Assembly: GCA_903851045.1 (NCBI GenBank)
Contig: CAINNF010000018.1
Coordinates: 3,925 to 67,924 of the forward strand
Source: Candidatus Adlerbacteria bacterium
GTDB lineage: Bacteria; Patescibacteriota; Minisyncoccia; Phycocordibacterales; SBAW01
Length of the DNA stretch: 64,000 nt
Direction: 5' to 3'
The notes below the pieces were generated by a model, which did no database searches, was not told the DNA's origin, and worked only from the letters and a program-made list of their open reading frames with translations. A program made the position numbers and the translations under genes. Below are positions 40,238 to 49,843 of this stretch, piece after piece; position 1 is the first letter of the stretch; every line of letters starts with the position of its first letter.

Positions 40238-40397
40238 GTTCGCCCTAACCCCCGCACGCAGCCGCGTGCGGGGGTTCAATACGTTCGTACTCACTCACGT
40301 TACCCCCGACTTATTGACAAAACATCCGTGAATAGGTATTTTGTTGCTAGAGTTGTTGCATACTGCGGCAATAGAAACATATCGAAAGGCATCGAGG

Positions 40398-40751
40398 ATG
40401 CGAACGGCACGAACTTTTCTGGGTCAGCTGATTGTATCAACCCTATGCAGTACGTCCACTATCACAATTGGACTCCTGGCCGCGGACATGGTCGAACTGA
40501 CACCATCGAGCATCAACCTGTTCCGGTTCATGATGGTGGTCCCTGCGATCTTCTGCCTCGTCCGGTGCGTACTGCTGTTGCGAAGGTCGTGGGGGCTGTT
40601 CACCTGCGGGACGATCGCCATCGTGTCGATACTGTTTCTCACCCAAGGACTGGGGCACACCGAGAACAGTATCTTTTTTGCGCTCGCCGCCTCAATGGGG
40701 GCGTGGGCCTTTATCGGATGGGTGATCACAGTTCGATCGTCTCACTATTGA
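40398..40751 (+). CDS. small polytopic membrane protein
   Basis: Start at MRTARTFLGQ; 3-4 TM helices. Confidence 0.35.
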   Translation: MRTARTFLGQLIVSTLCSTSTITIGLLAADMVELTPSSINLFRFMMVVPAIFCLVRCVLLLRRSWGLFTCGTIAIVSILFLTQGLGHTENSIFFALAASMGAWAFIGWVITVRSSHY

Positions 40752-40808
40752 CACCCAAAACACTACGCTATATAGAATAGTCGGAGCGTTTGGAGCAGAG
40801 GGTTCCAG

Positions 40809-41105
40809 ATGCGTTCCTACAGAGGAGCGACCACTATGTCCACCTGGGTACTCGTGGCCGGGATACTTACCTACCTCATTTCGGCAGGCATCATTGGCAC
40901 CTTCGCCTATAAGGATCTGGCTCACGAGTGGCGCGCCAGAACTATCAGGGTCGAACAGGTGTTCTGGGCGAGCGTGGCGGCACTCGTCCCGGCCATCAAC
41001 ACTGGCCTCGTCATCTTCGTCACGCTGCTGTGGCTGCTGTCGACAGCACTCGAATGGGTCCACAAGAAGCTCAACGTACCCCTGTTGTCGAAGACAAAAG
41101 AATAA
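40809..41105 (+). CDS. small membrane protein
   Basis: Two TM helices. Confidence 0.35.
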   Translation: MRSYRGATTMSTWVLVAGILTYLISAGIIGTFAYKDLAHEWRARTIRVEQVFWASVAALVPAINTGLVIFVTLLWLLSTALEWVHKKLNVPLLSKTKE

Positions 41106-41121
41106 AGATATCGACCACCAT

Positions 41122-41170
41122 CCCCGGCCCAGCCGGGGATTCTCTTTTTTGTACAAGGGTTACACTTGGA
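41122..41170 (+). repeat. array junction J1: GC hairpin (CCCCGGCCCAGCCGGGG) + T-tract + TGTACAAGGGTTACACTTGGA
   Basis: Member of the 7-copy junction repeat family (terminator then palindromic operator). Confidence 0.6.
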
Positions 41171-41254
41171 CTGGGTGGCACTGTATCGTTCACACTTGAC
41201 AGATTTTAAATTTATTATAAAATACAATTAGAGTCCAAAAAAACAGAGAGGTGT

Positions 41255-41728
41255 TTGATGAAAAACCAAACCAACGTACCTGAGGCGGTCGCACACATTG
41301 CCGAGGCACTGCTTCAGCTTCCTGGTATTACAGGAGTCAAATACGTCGAAGGAGTGGAAGCGATTGCAGTAAGCGAGAGGCCACTTGTGCTGGTACTCCA
41401 TGTTGACAACGTTGTAGCTTACTCGTTCCTGACCTACACACTACAGGTAAGGGACATTCTGACGAAGACGCCTGACTCGGCTGCGGCACAGAACATCCGC
41501 AAATTGGGTGCGGGTGATTCGGCTGTACGCTGCATGGCCGCTGCACTTGCAGTGCGGCCGCACACGCAGAACCTTCTAAAGGCGCTGCGTATCGACGACA
41601 CACCCCTCGGGAGCGTGGATGTCTTGATGGTGGCGCCTGGGGACGCATTCGCAGCGCAATTGAGCACCGCTCTGTTTGGCGCCGCATACATCTTCAAGGT
41701 CCTGAAGCTTGCCAGACCGCTCGCTTGA
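41255..41728 (+). CDS. array ORF A, hypothetical (157 aa)
   Basis: AGAGAGGTG RBS; bracketed by J1 and J2. Confidence 0.45.
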   Translation: MMKNQTNVPEAVAHIAEALLQLPGITGVKYVEGVEAIAVSERPLVLVLHVDNVVAYSFLTYTLQVRDILTKTPDSAAAQNIRKLGAGDSAVRCMAAALAVRPHTQNLLKALRIDDTPLGSVDVLMVAPGDAFAAQLSTALFGAAYIFKVLKLARPLA

Positions 41729-41735
41729 CCACACA

Positions 41736-41797
41736 CCCGCCCAGCGACCCCAGAGGTCCTGGGCGGGATTTCTTTTTGTACAAGGGTTACTTTTGGA
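41736..41797 (+). repeat. array junction J2: hairpin CCCGCCCAG...CTGGGCGGG + ATTTCTTTTTG + TGTACAAGGGTTACTTTTGGA
   Basis: Junction repeat family. Confidence 0.6.
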
Positions 41798-41887
41798 AAG
41801 ATACAGCGGTGGTGGTTGACAAAAGTAAGTGTCCCATATACACTTACTTTGATTAAGTTCCTTAACTGCATATGGGGGAGACATCCC

Positions 41888-42220
41888 ATGACCGAAAAAC
41901 AAGGCTTACCTCTGATCACGCCGACCGGTGACTTCATCATCTGTACAGGATGCAGGATCGAGAAACATCACTTGCCTGGTGGGTATGAGTGCGGCGGCCA
42001 GCAAGTGCTGCTCGACCGCATTGGTGGCGAGCCGTACGTGGTTGAAAATTACTCCTGGACGACCTGGACGACTAACCCACCAGACCCATCGGTCAGATTT
42101 GCCCACATGCGTGATGCGATCGTGGCCGAACTCGTGAAGGCGGCAACGACCGAGAAACCCGGGGTCATCGACCTTCGTCTACTGCAGATCTTTCAGAAGA
42201 AACTTCGTACTGCAGCCTGA
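41888..42220 (+). CDS. array ORF B, hypothetical Cys/His-containing protein (111 aa)
   Basis: Start at MTEKQG after GGGGGAGA RBS; CTGCRIEKHH...ECGG; C-terminal DLRLLQIF motif shared with ORF C. Confidence 0.4.
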   Translation: MTEKQGLPLITPTGDFIICTGCRIEKHHLPGGYECGGQQVLLDRIGGEPYVVENYSWTTWTTNPPDPSVRFAHMRDAIVAELVKAATTEKPGVIDLRLLQIFQKKLRTAA

Positions 42221-42236
42221 CACGTTAGCCCCTTTT

Positions 42237-42298
42237 CCCGCCAAAGACCCCAAAGGTCCCCGGCGGGATTTCTTTTTGTACAAGAGTTACCCTTATCC
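42237..42298 (+). repeat. array junction J3: hairpin + ATTTCTTTTTG + TGTACAAGAGTTACCCTTATCC
   Basis: Junction repeat family (degenerate palindrome). Confidence 0.55.
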
Positions 42299-42383
42299 AG
42301 TCACGTCTTATTCTAGTTTTTTGCAAAAAACTAGAATATATCAACACTGTTTTAGTGGCCAAAAAGTCTTTCGGCGAGATTTT

Positions 42384-42406
42384 TTGTACAAGGTTTATCC
42401 TTGTAT
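42384..42406 (+). promoter_or_regulatory. 23-bp palindrome TGTACAAGGTTTATCCTTGTATA (operator-like), J4
   Basis: 9-bp arms, 5-bp spacer, 8/9 arm symmetry; no ORF follows for ~370 nt. Confidence 0.5.
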
Positions 42407-42649
42407 AGAGCAATTATTGAGAGACTAACCCAAGCTCGCTCCGATTCCCTAAAGGAAAAGCCACCCACACGCAGTCGGTGTTGGGTGGCATATAAGTGGT
42501 TCGAGCAGTCTCGAGCAGGCAGCGTCCTCGTCGTGGCTGGGACACCGCTTTTCTCACACAACTGGATGGTGTTTCATTGACGACTCCCGTCCGACCTCAG
42601 TCAAACGTTCACAGTCTCCCATCTACACTGTGCTCGTGCATAATAGCTC

Positions 42650-42740
42650 TCGACCCCGCCGGAGAGAGTCGAACTCCCCTCCCTGCCCCGTCTAGGCAGG
42701 GTCGCCGTGGCGGTTTGCTCGAACCAGCGTCATCGTACCA
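42650..42740 (-). other. tRNA 3'-half-like fragment (T-arm GGGAG-TTCGACT-CTCTC + acceptor-like CGGCGGG), not a complete tRNA
   Basis: On minus strand ...GGGGAGTTCGACTCTCTCCGGCGGGGTCG; 15/16 identity to the T-arm region of tRNA-Ser(GGA) (GGAGAGAtTCGAACTC vs GGAGAGAgTCGAACTC on +). No matching 5' acceptor or D-arm. Confidence 0.3.
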
Positions 42741-42780
42741 AAACAAATATAGAAATCAACAGCACCCTTCTATCGTTTTT

Positions 42781-42803
42781 TGCACAAGGTTTATCCTTGT
42801 ACA
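42781..42803 (+). promoter_or_regulatory. 23-bp palindrome TGCACAAGGTTTATCCTTGTACA, J5
   Basis: Best-conserved copy of the operator-like palindrome; ~80 nt upstream of ORF C. Confidence 0.5.
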
Positions 42804-42883
42804 GACTTATCGAAGGACTGACCCCAGTGTTGGATACATAGACAACAAAACGTAAAAACGGTACTGTTCTTTGCGGTGGCTCG

Positions 42884-43381
42884 GTGGCGAGCCTCATAGG
42901 GAGAAAGCCAACGCAGTCCGTTCGGACGAGAATCTTTGCTCAGACCGTTCTCGACACAATCCTTACGCCCGAGCAGTCTCGGCTTCAAAACAACCCGCGG
43001 GCAGCGTTAGCGGTCCCCATCAACATCCACTGTGGGCAGCAACGCCGGACCATTGTCGCACTGTTTCATGTCGCCCCCAACGACATGACCTGTCTCACGT
43101 GGAGGTGGGTCAACGAGGACCGCCTCCCACTACAGAGTCGATTCCACACCATGACGCAGTGGAACGTACACATGGGAGCTCTGTACGAAACCCGAGGGGG
43201 TCTGAAAGTCTTACTCAACCACTGCGTGAACATCTTTCTCGCCAGCCTTAATGCCGACGAGCACGACCCAATCACGTTCCGCCTCCTGCAAACGTTTCGA
43301 CTCGAGTTGGACGAAGGGCACACGTTCGAGGGCAATACCTTCAACTGTCAAATCCTCTCGTCCGTACTTGTGACAGCATAG
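42884..43381 (+). CDS. array ORF C, hypothetical (165 aa; GTG start in track)
   Basis: Protein-like composition; C-terminal TFRLLQTF motif similar to ORF B. Start uncertain. Confidence 0.35.
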   Translation: MASLIGRKPTQSVRTRIFAQTVLDTILTPEQSRLQNNPRAALAVPINIHCGQQRRTIVALFHVAPNDMTCLTWRWVNEDRLPLQSRFHTMTQWNVHMGALYETRGGLKVLLNHCVNIFLASLNADEHDPITFRLLQTFRLELDEGHTFEGNTFNCQILSSVLVTA

Positions 43382-43416
43382 TTCTCTCCCGCACAAGACA
43401 ACCTCACCGTCTCATC

Positions 43417-43494
43417 CCCCGCCGGAGAAGACCTCACAGGTCCCCGGCGGGATTTCTTTTTGTACAAGGTTTATCCTTGGATACTTACACCACA
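43417..43494 (+). repeat. array junction J6: CCCCGCCGGAGAAGACCTCACAGGTCCCCGGCGGG + ATTTCTTTTTG + TGTACAAGGTTTATCCTTGGATACTTACACCAC
   Basis: Canonical junction: strong terminator hairpin immediately followed by the palindrome. Confidence 0.65.
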
Positions 43495-43589
43495 CTTCTT
43501 TTTTCTATGTAATTGTCACAATTTCCGCCAGATTTGACATGCTTATATATAAATGATAAAATATTTTTTGGTAAGCATGGAGGAAAGCT

Positions 43590-43895
43590 ATGTGGCGTAT
43601 CGTGGTTGGCGATGTCGAAATCAAAACCGACAAGCTGGGTGGCCAACTTAAAGGCTCAAGGTTTGTCTTCCCTGACGGGAGCTACGTTGCTTTGCCCGGC
43701 GGTATAGTAAACCTGGGGTCTGGCAGCATCTCAACCAAAACTCTTCCGCCAGACTCAGCGCTGCCAACGGGAGAGGTCCGCTACCCCAGCGGGTACGTGA
43801 CAACCGATCAAGGCAACTCAAAAAAGATCGCCTGGTTGCCTATCGTTCTCGCCATCGCGACACTGATTGGTTGTCTGTCCTACTTCCTCCTGTAA
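43590..43895 (+). CDS. array ORF D, tail-anchored small membrane protein (101 aa)
   Basis: GGAGGAAAG RBS; C-terminal TM IAWLPIVLAIATLIGCLSYFLL. Confidence 0.4.
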   Translation: MWRIVVGDVEIKTDKLGGQLKGSRFVFPDGSYVALPGGIVNLGSGSISTKTLPPDSALPTGEVRYPSGYVTTDQGNSKKIAWLPIVLAIATLIGCLSYFLL

Positions 43896-43969
43896 AAGGG
43901 CAAGAGCTGTTATATACCCCGCCGTTAATCGTGACTGTCACCATTTCCCCGACCCTTTAGGAGAGACGT

Positions 43970-44146
43970 ATGCCGACCGCCGACACTTTGATGTTCTGCT
44001 TCCTCATGATGTCCATGGTGATTCTCGGAGCCACGGCGATATGGGGCAACTGGATCTGGGACGGCAAGTCGAAACCACCCAGTTTCTGCCGTTTCTGGTT
44101 CGTCCTTGCGCCTCGTGCATTCCTCAAATTTTTCGTGGGGCGTTAA
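43970..44146 (+). CDS. small hydrophobic protein (58 aa), not in ORF track (<60 aa)
   Basis: AGGAGAGACGT-ATG RBS; MPTADTLMFCFLMMSMVILGATAIWGNWIW... TM. Confidence 0.3.
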   Translation: MPTADTLMFCFLMMSMVILGATAIWGNWIWDGKSKPPSFCRFWFVLAPRAFLKFFVGR

Positions 44147-44292
44147 CTTATACACCGCAGACGAAGGTCCGACACCTCCTCTGCGGTTTTTCTTATGAAG
44201 AGTTGCACCATACGGACAATATGTCATGATGCGATCGGCTAGCTCGTTGTATCCACACTGGCTGTGCACGATACGCAAAAAGGAGACGCAGG

Positions 44293-44796
44293 ATGACGAG
44301 GTCCACACTTACACATATCGAGATCCAAGCCAACCTAGGCACCGAAAAAGTACCTCTCGATAAGGAGACACTGAGGTCGGCATATTTGAGGCACTCCTAT
44401 GGAGACGCCGATCTGATCTTCAAGAGACATTATAGGCGTAAATACGGAGGCACCATCACCTTTGGCGTTGCCCAGGCGAAAGATGTAGCGAAAGGACGAC
44501 TCACTCGCTACAACATCTTGGAGAGTCTCCGGGAACAGCGTTTCCGACCCTGTACATTCATGGACGCTCCATTCCTTGCGCTGTATTGCGACACTCACCA
44601 GGCACAGAAGATTCTTCTTCCTCCAGGCGAATACATAACGGTCATGGAATTGATCGAGCATCCACTTGAGAACTGGGAGCCGTTCTACCTTCAACTCGGA
44701 GTCGCACAGGGTGGGTGGTTTAGCTTTTCGGACGTCGCAGATCCAGAGAGACTCCCCCTAAACCCGACCGATTGGGTCCTGTTCAAGAAAGCCTAA
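44293..44796 (+). CDS. array ORF E, hypothetical (167 aa)
   Basis: Clean ORF, AAAGGAGACGCAGG RBS; bracketed by junction J7. Confidence 0.45.
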   Translation: MTRSTLTHIEIQANLGTEKVPLDKETLRSAYLRHSYGDADLIFKRHYRRKYGGTITFGVAQAKDVAKGRLTRYNILESLREQRFRPCTFMDAPFLALYCDTHQAQKILLPPGEYITVMELIEHPLENWEPFYLQLGVAQGGWFSFSDVADPERLPLNPTDWVLFKKA

Positions 44797-44805
44797 CAAA
44801 GCCAT

Positions 44806-44898
44806 CCCCGCCGGAGAGACCCAAAAGGTCCCCGGCGGGATTTCTTTTTGCACAAGGTTTATCCTTGAATAAGGGTTACCCTTGGATACTTACACCAC
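44806..44898 (+). repeat. array junction J7: CCCCGCCGGAGAGACCCAAAAGGTCCCCGGCGGG + T-tract + TGCACAAGGTTTATCCTTGAATAAGGGTTACCCTTGGATACTTACACCAC
   Basis: Carries both palindrome variants (ACAAGGTTTATCCTTG and CAAGGGTTACCCTTG). Confidence 0.65.
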
Positions 44899-44945
44899 TT
44901 TTTTTGCTATTTAATCGTAACTGTCCACATTTCCTTTCTCCTCTA

Positions 44946-45200
44946 TTATTTGAGTTTCTGAGCTATAACGCGAATGTTATGATCAAGAGTCGGAAGAGCC
45001 ATATTTATCTGTGCTTCAATTTTTTTTACTTCCTTCTCCAGAGCCTTTATTGAGGTGTGAAGGTCGTAAAATGGTACAACGCCAACAGGCGTACCACAAC
45101 TAACACACTGAACAAAGTACATTTTGAAATTCGCTCCAACTGGCGCAACCTCAGCTAATTCAAAATTCATCCATCCACACTTTCCACATTTTGATACCAT
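44946..45200 (-). CDS. zinc-ribbon hypothetical protein
   Basis: CGKCGW...CVSCGTP. Confidence 0.4.
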   Translation of the reverse strand: MVSKCGKCGWMNFELAEVAPVGANFKMYFVQCVSCGTPVGVVPFYDLHTSIKALEKEVKKIEAQINMALPTLDHNIRVIAQKLK

Positions 45201-45224
45201 ACATTTATTTGTAGTTAATATTGT

Positions 45225-45407
45225 TTATAATCCAAGCTTTGAACGGAGAGCTGCACCACCAAGAAGGTATGCAGCGGTGTTCATGACCTGAGTTGCTTGC
45301 GTAGGGGCTTTCCAAAAAAGCAACGCCACGATACACAGCGTCAGCGAGTAGGTAATAACTCTGGCCGCAGTATTTACGAAGTGCTTATTTTGGAGAAGCT
45401 CTTTCAT
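45225..45407 (-). CDS. small membrane protein
   Basis: ORF only; one TM. Confidence 0.25.
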   Translation of the reverse strand: MKELLQNKHFVNTAARVITYSLTLCIVALLFWKAPTQATQVMNTAAYLLGGAALRSKLGL

Positions 45408-45408
45408 G

Positions 45409-45897
45409 TTACTTTTGCAGCCCTCTTAAATAATCAAGCCCTTTCTTTTGGCTATGGAACATACCTCCTATTTTTTTAACAAAGGCGTTACGCATATTAC
45501 GAGCATTAAATGCGCCGAAGTTCTTCGCCTCGATACGATCCTTCAGTTCACTTGAGAGAAAATCTATTTCACCTGAGTTAAGACCCTTTACTCCATTTTG
45601 TTCAGCATATTCTAAAAGCCATATTATCTTGTCAGTTTTTGTTGGCAATTCGTAATAACCAGGATAGCCTTCTAGGGCTGTGGAGATAGGGAGTTCTCTG
45701 ATTTCTGCGCGGACACCGCGACCGGCAAACCCACGCCGTTCAGCAACAAACTGCTTCATAGGCTCACCCGATAGGGGGGGTAGAAGGGTGCTTTGTTCCT
45801 GACCTAACAGACTTATAATTTGACCCGCACGCTGCTGCGTAATCACCTTTTCAAAGGAAAATCCTTCGCCAAGAATTGTTAATTTTATTTCGCTCAT
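45409..45897 (-). CDS. hypothetical protein (162 aa)
   Basis: Clean ORF; stop/start abut downstream gene. Confidence 0.45.
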   Translation of the reverse strand: MSEIKLTILGEGFSFEKVITQQRAGQIISLLGQEQSTLLPPLSGEPMKQFVAERRGFAGRGVRAEIRELPISTALEGYPGYYELPTKTDKIIWLLEYAEQNGVKGLNSGEIDFLSSELKDRIEAKNFGAFNARNMRNAFVKKIGGMFHSQKKGLDYLRGLQK

Positions 45898-46000
45898 TTT
45901 TATACCACGTTAGCGTGATATATAAATAATATCATACCTAGTCTTGCGAATAAATCCTACTAGAGTAGTCGAGACTCTTTTTTTGTGTGTGTCAACTACA

Positions 46001-48487
46001 CTACAAACAAACGAAGCTTGCGATAGCGTCGCCGTCGCGGAGTTTCATTATTCTGACTCCTTGGGTACCTCTTGAGAGGGATGGGATTTCGGCTAGGTCG
46101 GTTCTAATCACTTGGCCTTTTTTGGAGACTACCACTATTTCGGGGGAGACTTCGGCTTCTTTGGAGACGACTCGGGCGGCGATCAGGGGGCCCGTTTTTG
46201 GCGTGACTTTGACGGTGCGGATACCGGAGCCGCCTCTGTTCTGCGTCTTGTATTCGTCGGCTGGGGTGGTCTTGCCGTAGCCGTTGCGGGAGACGACGAG
46301 GACTTCGGACGTTTTGTCGCCTTTGCGCACGACGTCGGCGCCGACGATGATGTCGCTGCCGGAGAGCTTCATGGCGCGCACACCTCCGGCGGTGCGGCCC
46401 ATGGCGCGGATGTCGCTTTCTTTAAAGCGGATTGATTGGCCAGTGGATGAGGCGAGGAGGATCTCGTCTCCCTTGTCGACGAAGAGCGCGGCGATGAGTT
46501 CGTCACCCTTGTCGAGGCGCATAGCGATGAGTCCCGAGCGACGCACATCGTGGAAGGCGGTCGCATCTACCTTCTTGGCGACACCCTTCTTCGTGATCAT
46601 ATAGAGCGCGCGCTGACCCTCCTTCTCGGTCTTGCGCATCGGGAGCACAGAGGAGACCTTTTCGCCGTCGCTTATGGAGAGGAAGTTCACTATCGCCTTA
46701 CCCTTGGTGGAGCGCTTCCCTTCTGGCAGTTCGTACATCTTGATCTGGTACGCCTTGCCAAGGTCGGTGAAGAAGAGCAGGTCAGAGTGGCTGGAGGTGG
46801 TGAGGAAGGTGGTTACGAAGTCCTCTTCTTTCGTATCGAGGTCGATGACGCCGACGCCGCCGCGCTTTTGGCGCTTGTACTCTTCGGGGTTGGTGCGCTT
46901 GACGTAGCCGCCGGAGGTGAGGACGAGCACCTGCTCCTCCTCGGGCACGAGGTCTTCGACGTTTATGATGCCTGCGGCACCCTTCATGATGCGGGTCTCG
47001 CGGTCGTCGCCGTACTTGCGGATGATCTCTTGGATCTCGCCCTTGATGACGCCGAGCATCTTCTTGTCAGACTTCAGGAGCGCATCGAGCTCAGCTATGA
47101 GCGCCTGGACTTCGGCCAGCTCGTCTTCGACTTTCTTGCGCTCGAGGTTCGCGAGCTTCTGGAGACGCATCTCGAGGATGGCGTTGGCCTGGAGCTCGGT
47201 GAACTTGAACTTCTTCATCAAGTTGAGGCGCGCGTCATTGACGTCCTTGGAGGCGCGGATGGTCTTGATGACCTCATCGATATGGTCGAGCGCCTTCTTG
47301 AGGCCAATGAGTATATGTTCGCGCTCGCGTGCGCGCGTGAGGTCGAACTGGGTGCGTCGTCGCACCACCTCGCGGCGATGTTTGATGAACTCCTGGAGTA
47401 TGCCCTTGAGCGACATCGTTTGCGGCACGCCGTCCACGAGCATAACCATGTTGAAATGGAAGGTGTCTTCCAGAGCCGTGTGCTTGTAGAGATAGTTGAG
47501 CACCTTCTGGGGCTGGGCGCCTTGCTTGAGCTCGACCACGACGCGGATGTCGCGGGTCGACTCGTCGCGCAGGCCGCGGATACCCTCTATCTTCTTGTCA
47601 CGCACCAGGTCGGCGATGCGCACGATCATGTCGGCCTTGTTGACGCGGTACGGGATAGACGTAATGACTATCTGGAAGTTACCCTTCTTGTCCTCGACTA
47701 TCTCGGCGTTACCGCGCACGACGACGCCACCGCGACCGGTGGAGTATGCATGCAAAAGATCTTTTTTATTGAAAGCGACCGCCCCTGTGGGGAAGTCCGG
47801 CCCCGAAATATCCTCCATCAGGTCTTCGACCGTTGAGTCGGGGTTCTCGATAAGACGCACCACCGCGTTGGAGACTTCGGTCAGGTTGTGCGGCGGGATG
47901 TTGGTCGCCATACCCACGGCGATACCGAGCGTACCGTTGAGCAAAATGTTGGGGAGCACCGCAGGGAGCACGGCCGGCTCCTTGAGCGTGCCGTCGTAGT
48001 TGGCGCGCCAGTCGACGGTGTCCTTGTCGATATCACGCAGCAACTCTTCGGCCACACGCGACATCTTCGCTTCGGTGTAGCGCATAGCAGCGGCAGAGTC
48101 GCCGTCAATCGAGCCGAAGTTACCTTGGCCGAGCACCAACGGGTAGCGCATAGCGAAGTCCTGCGCCATCTTGACCATAGCGTCATAGACGGACGAGTCG
48201 CCGTGCGGGTGGTACTTTCCGAGCACATCTCCGACCACTGCCGCCGACTTGCGGAAGCGCGCACCCGGGGTGAGCCCCATGCGGTGCATGGTGTAGAGGA
48301 TACGTCGGTGCACAGGCTTGAGCCCATCGCGCACGTCTGGCAGCGCGCGGGAGGTGATGACGGTCATCGCGTAGTCGATGTAGGACTCGCGCATTTCGGT
48401 CGAGATATTGCGGCCGATGACGTTCTGACGCGTCACGACCTCCTCGGGCACACTTGAATTACCTTTCTTTTTATCCTTGTCTGCCAT
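46001..48487 (-). CDS. gyrA: DNA gyrase subunit A
   Basis: 828 aa; AAMRYTE active-site Tyr region, ...QGNFGS..., C-terminal beta-pinwheel repeats. Antisense ORFs in the track are artefacts. Confidence 0.95.
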   Translation of the reverse strand: MADKDKKKGNSSVPEEVVTRQNVIGRNISTEMRESYIDYAMTVITSRALPDVRDGLKPVHRRILYTMHRMGLTPGARFRKSAAVVGDVLGKYHPHGDSSVYDAMVKMAQDFAMRYPLVLGQGNFGSIDGDSAAAMRYTEAKMSRVAEELLRDIDKDTVDWRANYDGTLKEPAVLPAVLPNILLNGTLGIAVGMATNIPPHNLTEVSNAVVRLIENPDSTVEDLMEDISGPDFPTGAVAFNKKDLLHAYSTGRGGVVVRGNAEIVEDKKGNFQIVITSIPYRVNKADMIVRIADLVRDKKIEGIRGLRDESTRDIRVVVELKQGAQPQKVLNYLYKHTALEDTFHFNMVMLVDGVPQTMSLKGILQEFIKHRREVVRRRTQFDLTRAREREHILIGLKKALDHIDEVIKTIRASKDVNDARLNLMKKFKFTELQANAILEMRLQKLANLERKKVEDELAEVQALIAELDALLKSDKKMLGVIKGEIQEIIRKYGDDRETRIMKGAAGIINVEDLVPEEEQVLVLTSGGYVKRTNPEEYKRQKRGGVGVIDLDTKEEDFVTTFLTTSSHSDLLFFTDLGKAYQIKMYELPEGKRSTKGKAIVNFLSISDGEKVSSVLPMRKTEKEGQRALYMITKKGVAKKVDATAFHDVRRSGLIAMRLDKGDELIAALFVDKGDEILLASSTGQSIRFKESDIRAMGRTAGGVRAMKLSGSDIIVGADVVRKGDKTSEVLVVSRNGYGKTTPADEYKTQNRGGSGIRTVKVTPKTGPLIAARVVSKEAEVSPEIVVVSKKGQVIRTDLAEIPSLSRGTQGVRIMKLRDGDAIASFVCL

Positions 48488-48500
48488 ACTCGTCTAAAAG

Positions 48501-48812
48501 TTATTGCTGCGGTAGTGTCGTCTGGTCTTGACCAGGTACCCCAGTGTACGTGGTCGTGGTCGCAACTTCAAGCGAATTGTTGTTTTGCTGTACATCGGTC
48601 CCCATACCGTTGATGGCGTTCGCGAGCTGCAACTCGTTGGACGTCTTATTAAGACTGTTCGCTATATCCGTCTGATGGTTCGCGAGACGAACCCCCAGCG
48701 TCGCTATCCACCCAACGAAAACGAGCGAAGTGACGACCGTCGCAACCTGTGCCGCGTGCTGGCGACGTTCATGCGTGGACTTGGTCTGCATGTGTTCTAG
48801 GTATCGTTTCAT
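48501..48812 (-). CDS. small membrane protein
   Basis: One TM (VATVVTSLVFVGWIATL). Confidence 0.35.
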   Translation of the reverse strand: MKRYLEHMQTKSTHERRQHAAQVATVVTSLVFVGWIATLGVRLANHQTDIANSLNKTSNELQLANAINGMGTDVQQNNNSLEVATTTTYTGVPGQDQTTLPQQ

Positions 48813-48867
48813 AGTTCGATGTTACTCACCACAAGTAGTTCGGTGTGGTTCACTCACTAGTATACCA

Positions 48868-49485
48868 CTATGACGCTATCACGATGATCTCGCCCTCCTT
48901 ACCTTCAAGCTCCTTCTTTTTGGTCGTCAGTTTGTCGACCGGCTTTACCCCCTCGGCGCCCGCCTCTTTCAAGAAGGCTTTGAGCGATGCGTCGTCATAG
49001 TGCATCGGGACGATCGCTTTGGGCTCCAGTTGGACGGCAAGCTTGTATGCCTCGGCGTGGTTCAATACCCCGTTGGCACCCACGGGTACGAAAAGAATGT
49101 CGATATCGTCGAGTTCGGCCTTCGCAGCCGTCGGAAGGGTGGTCGAACCGACCGCCCCCAAGAAACAAAGGTTCGTCCCCTCCAAAAGCACACTATATAT
49201 AGTGTTGAGGTGCTCGCCACCGAATTGCGACTGGGAACCGAAGCCGCGAACCGCTATCCCCTTCACTTCATATTCGCCCGGGCCACTGATAACGAACGGC
49301 TCGCGCTCGCCATAGCTATTGTTCTCTATGCCATTGAAATCTTGATGATCTTGGGATACGAGCACGATGTCGGAGCCGAACTTCACGCTTTTTAATGCGG
49401 AGTCCTTAGATGGCGGATTAAAGGCCAGTGTAAGCTCGCCTTGAGTTATCTTAAAGCATTGCCCACCGAAATAGCTGATTACCAT
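48868..49485 (-). CDS. MBL-fold metal-dependent hydrolase (UPF0173-like)
   Basis: IVLVSQDHQDF..., ...PMHYDD pattern of small metallo-beta-lactamase-fold hydrolases. Confidence 0.65.
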   Translation of the reverse strand: MVISYFGGQCFKITQGELTLAFNPPSKDSALKSVKFGSDIVLVSQDHQDFNGIENNSYGEREPFVISGPGEYEVKGIAVRGFGSQSQFGGEHLNTIYSVLLEGTNLCFLGAVGSTTLPTAAKAELDDIDILFVPVGANGVLNHAEAYKLAVQLEPKAIVPMHYDDASLKAFLKEAGAEGVKPVDKLTTKKKELEGKEGEIIVIAS

Positions 49486-49803
49486 GGGTTATATTTTAGC
49501 ACATGCTAACCTCATTGCCCACCATTGACACGACCACGGCCTATACCGTATCGTCTAGACGGATGCTCCTGATCTCCTCTTTTTTGGTGGCATCTGCTGT
49601 GGCCGTCCGGTCCCAGTAACGAAGAAGGAACGATTCGCCATGCGAAAAACCTTCGTACCCACACCGATCCTGCGCACCGCCAGTCTTGGTGCGGGTACCG
49701 GGCGACCGCTGGATATCGAAAAACACGTACATCGAACCAGTATCGGCTAATACTGGCTAGAGGCCTGACGGCCTCCATGCGCCACCCACGAGTGGCGTAA
49801 AAC

Positions 49804-49843
49804 GCAGCCGAGCTCTTTGGAGCTCGGCTGCACTTCGTTTTTA
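49804..49843 (+). terminator. intrinsic terminator GCAGCCGAGCTCTTTGGAGCTCGGCTGC + T-tract
   Basis: 12-bp perfect stem followed by CGTTTTT. Confidence 0.55.

Noticed and set aside
42650-42740. Complete tRNA at this locus
   Set aside because: T-arm and acceptor 3' strand present, but no complementary 5' acceptor, D-arm or canonical anticodon loop (loop TAGACGG lacks U33).
42496-42855. ORF 42496..42855 (+) spanning the ORF-free junction units
   Set aside because: Low-complexity, Arg/Pro-rich translation crossing two palindromes and the tRNA-like fragment; no RBS.
41120-44905. CRISPR array or integron attC interpretation of the junction repeats
   Set aside because: Repeat units are irregular in spacing (gene-sized), variable in sequence and contain terminator hairpins. 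No GTTRRRY/RYYYAAC attC core and no intI or cas genes nearby. Kept as a novel cassette-like array.
46112-48457. Plus-strand ORFs 46112..46435, 46550..47836, 46917..47489, 47496..47999, 47888..48457
   Set aside because: Antisense to gyrA; high-GC antisense frames without stops.
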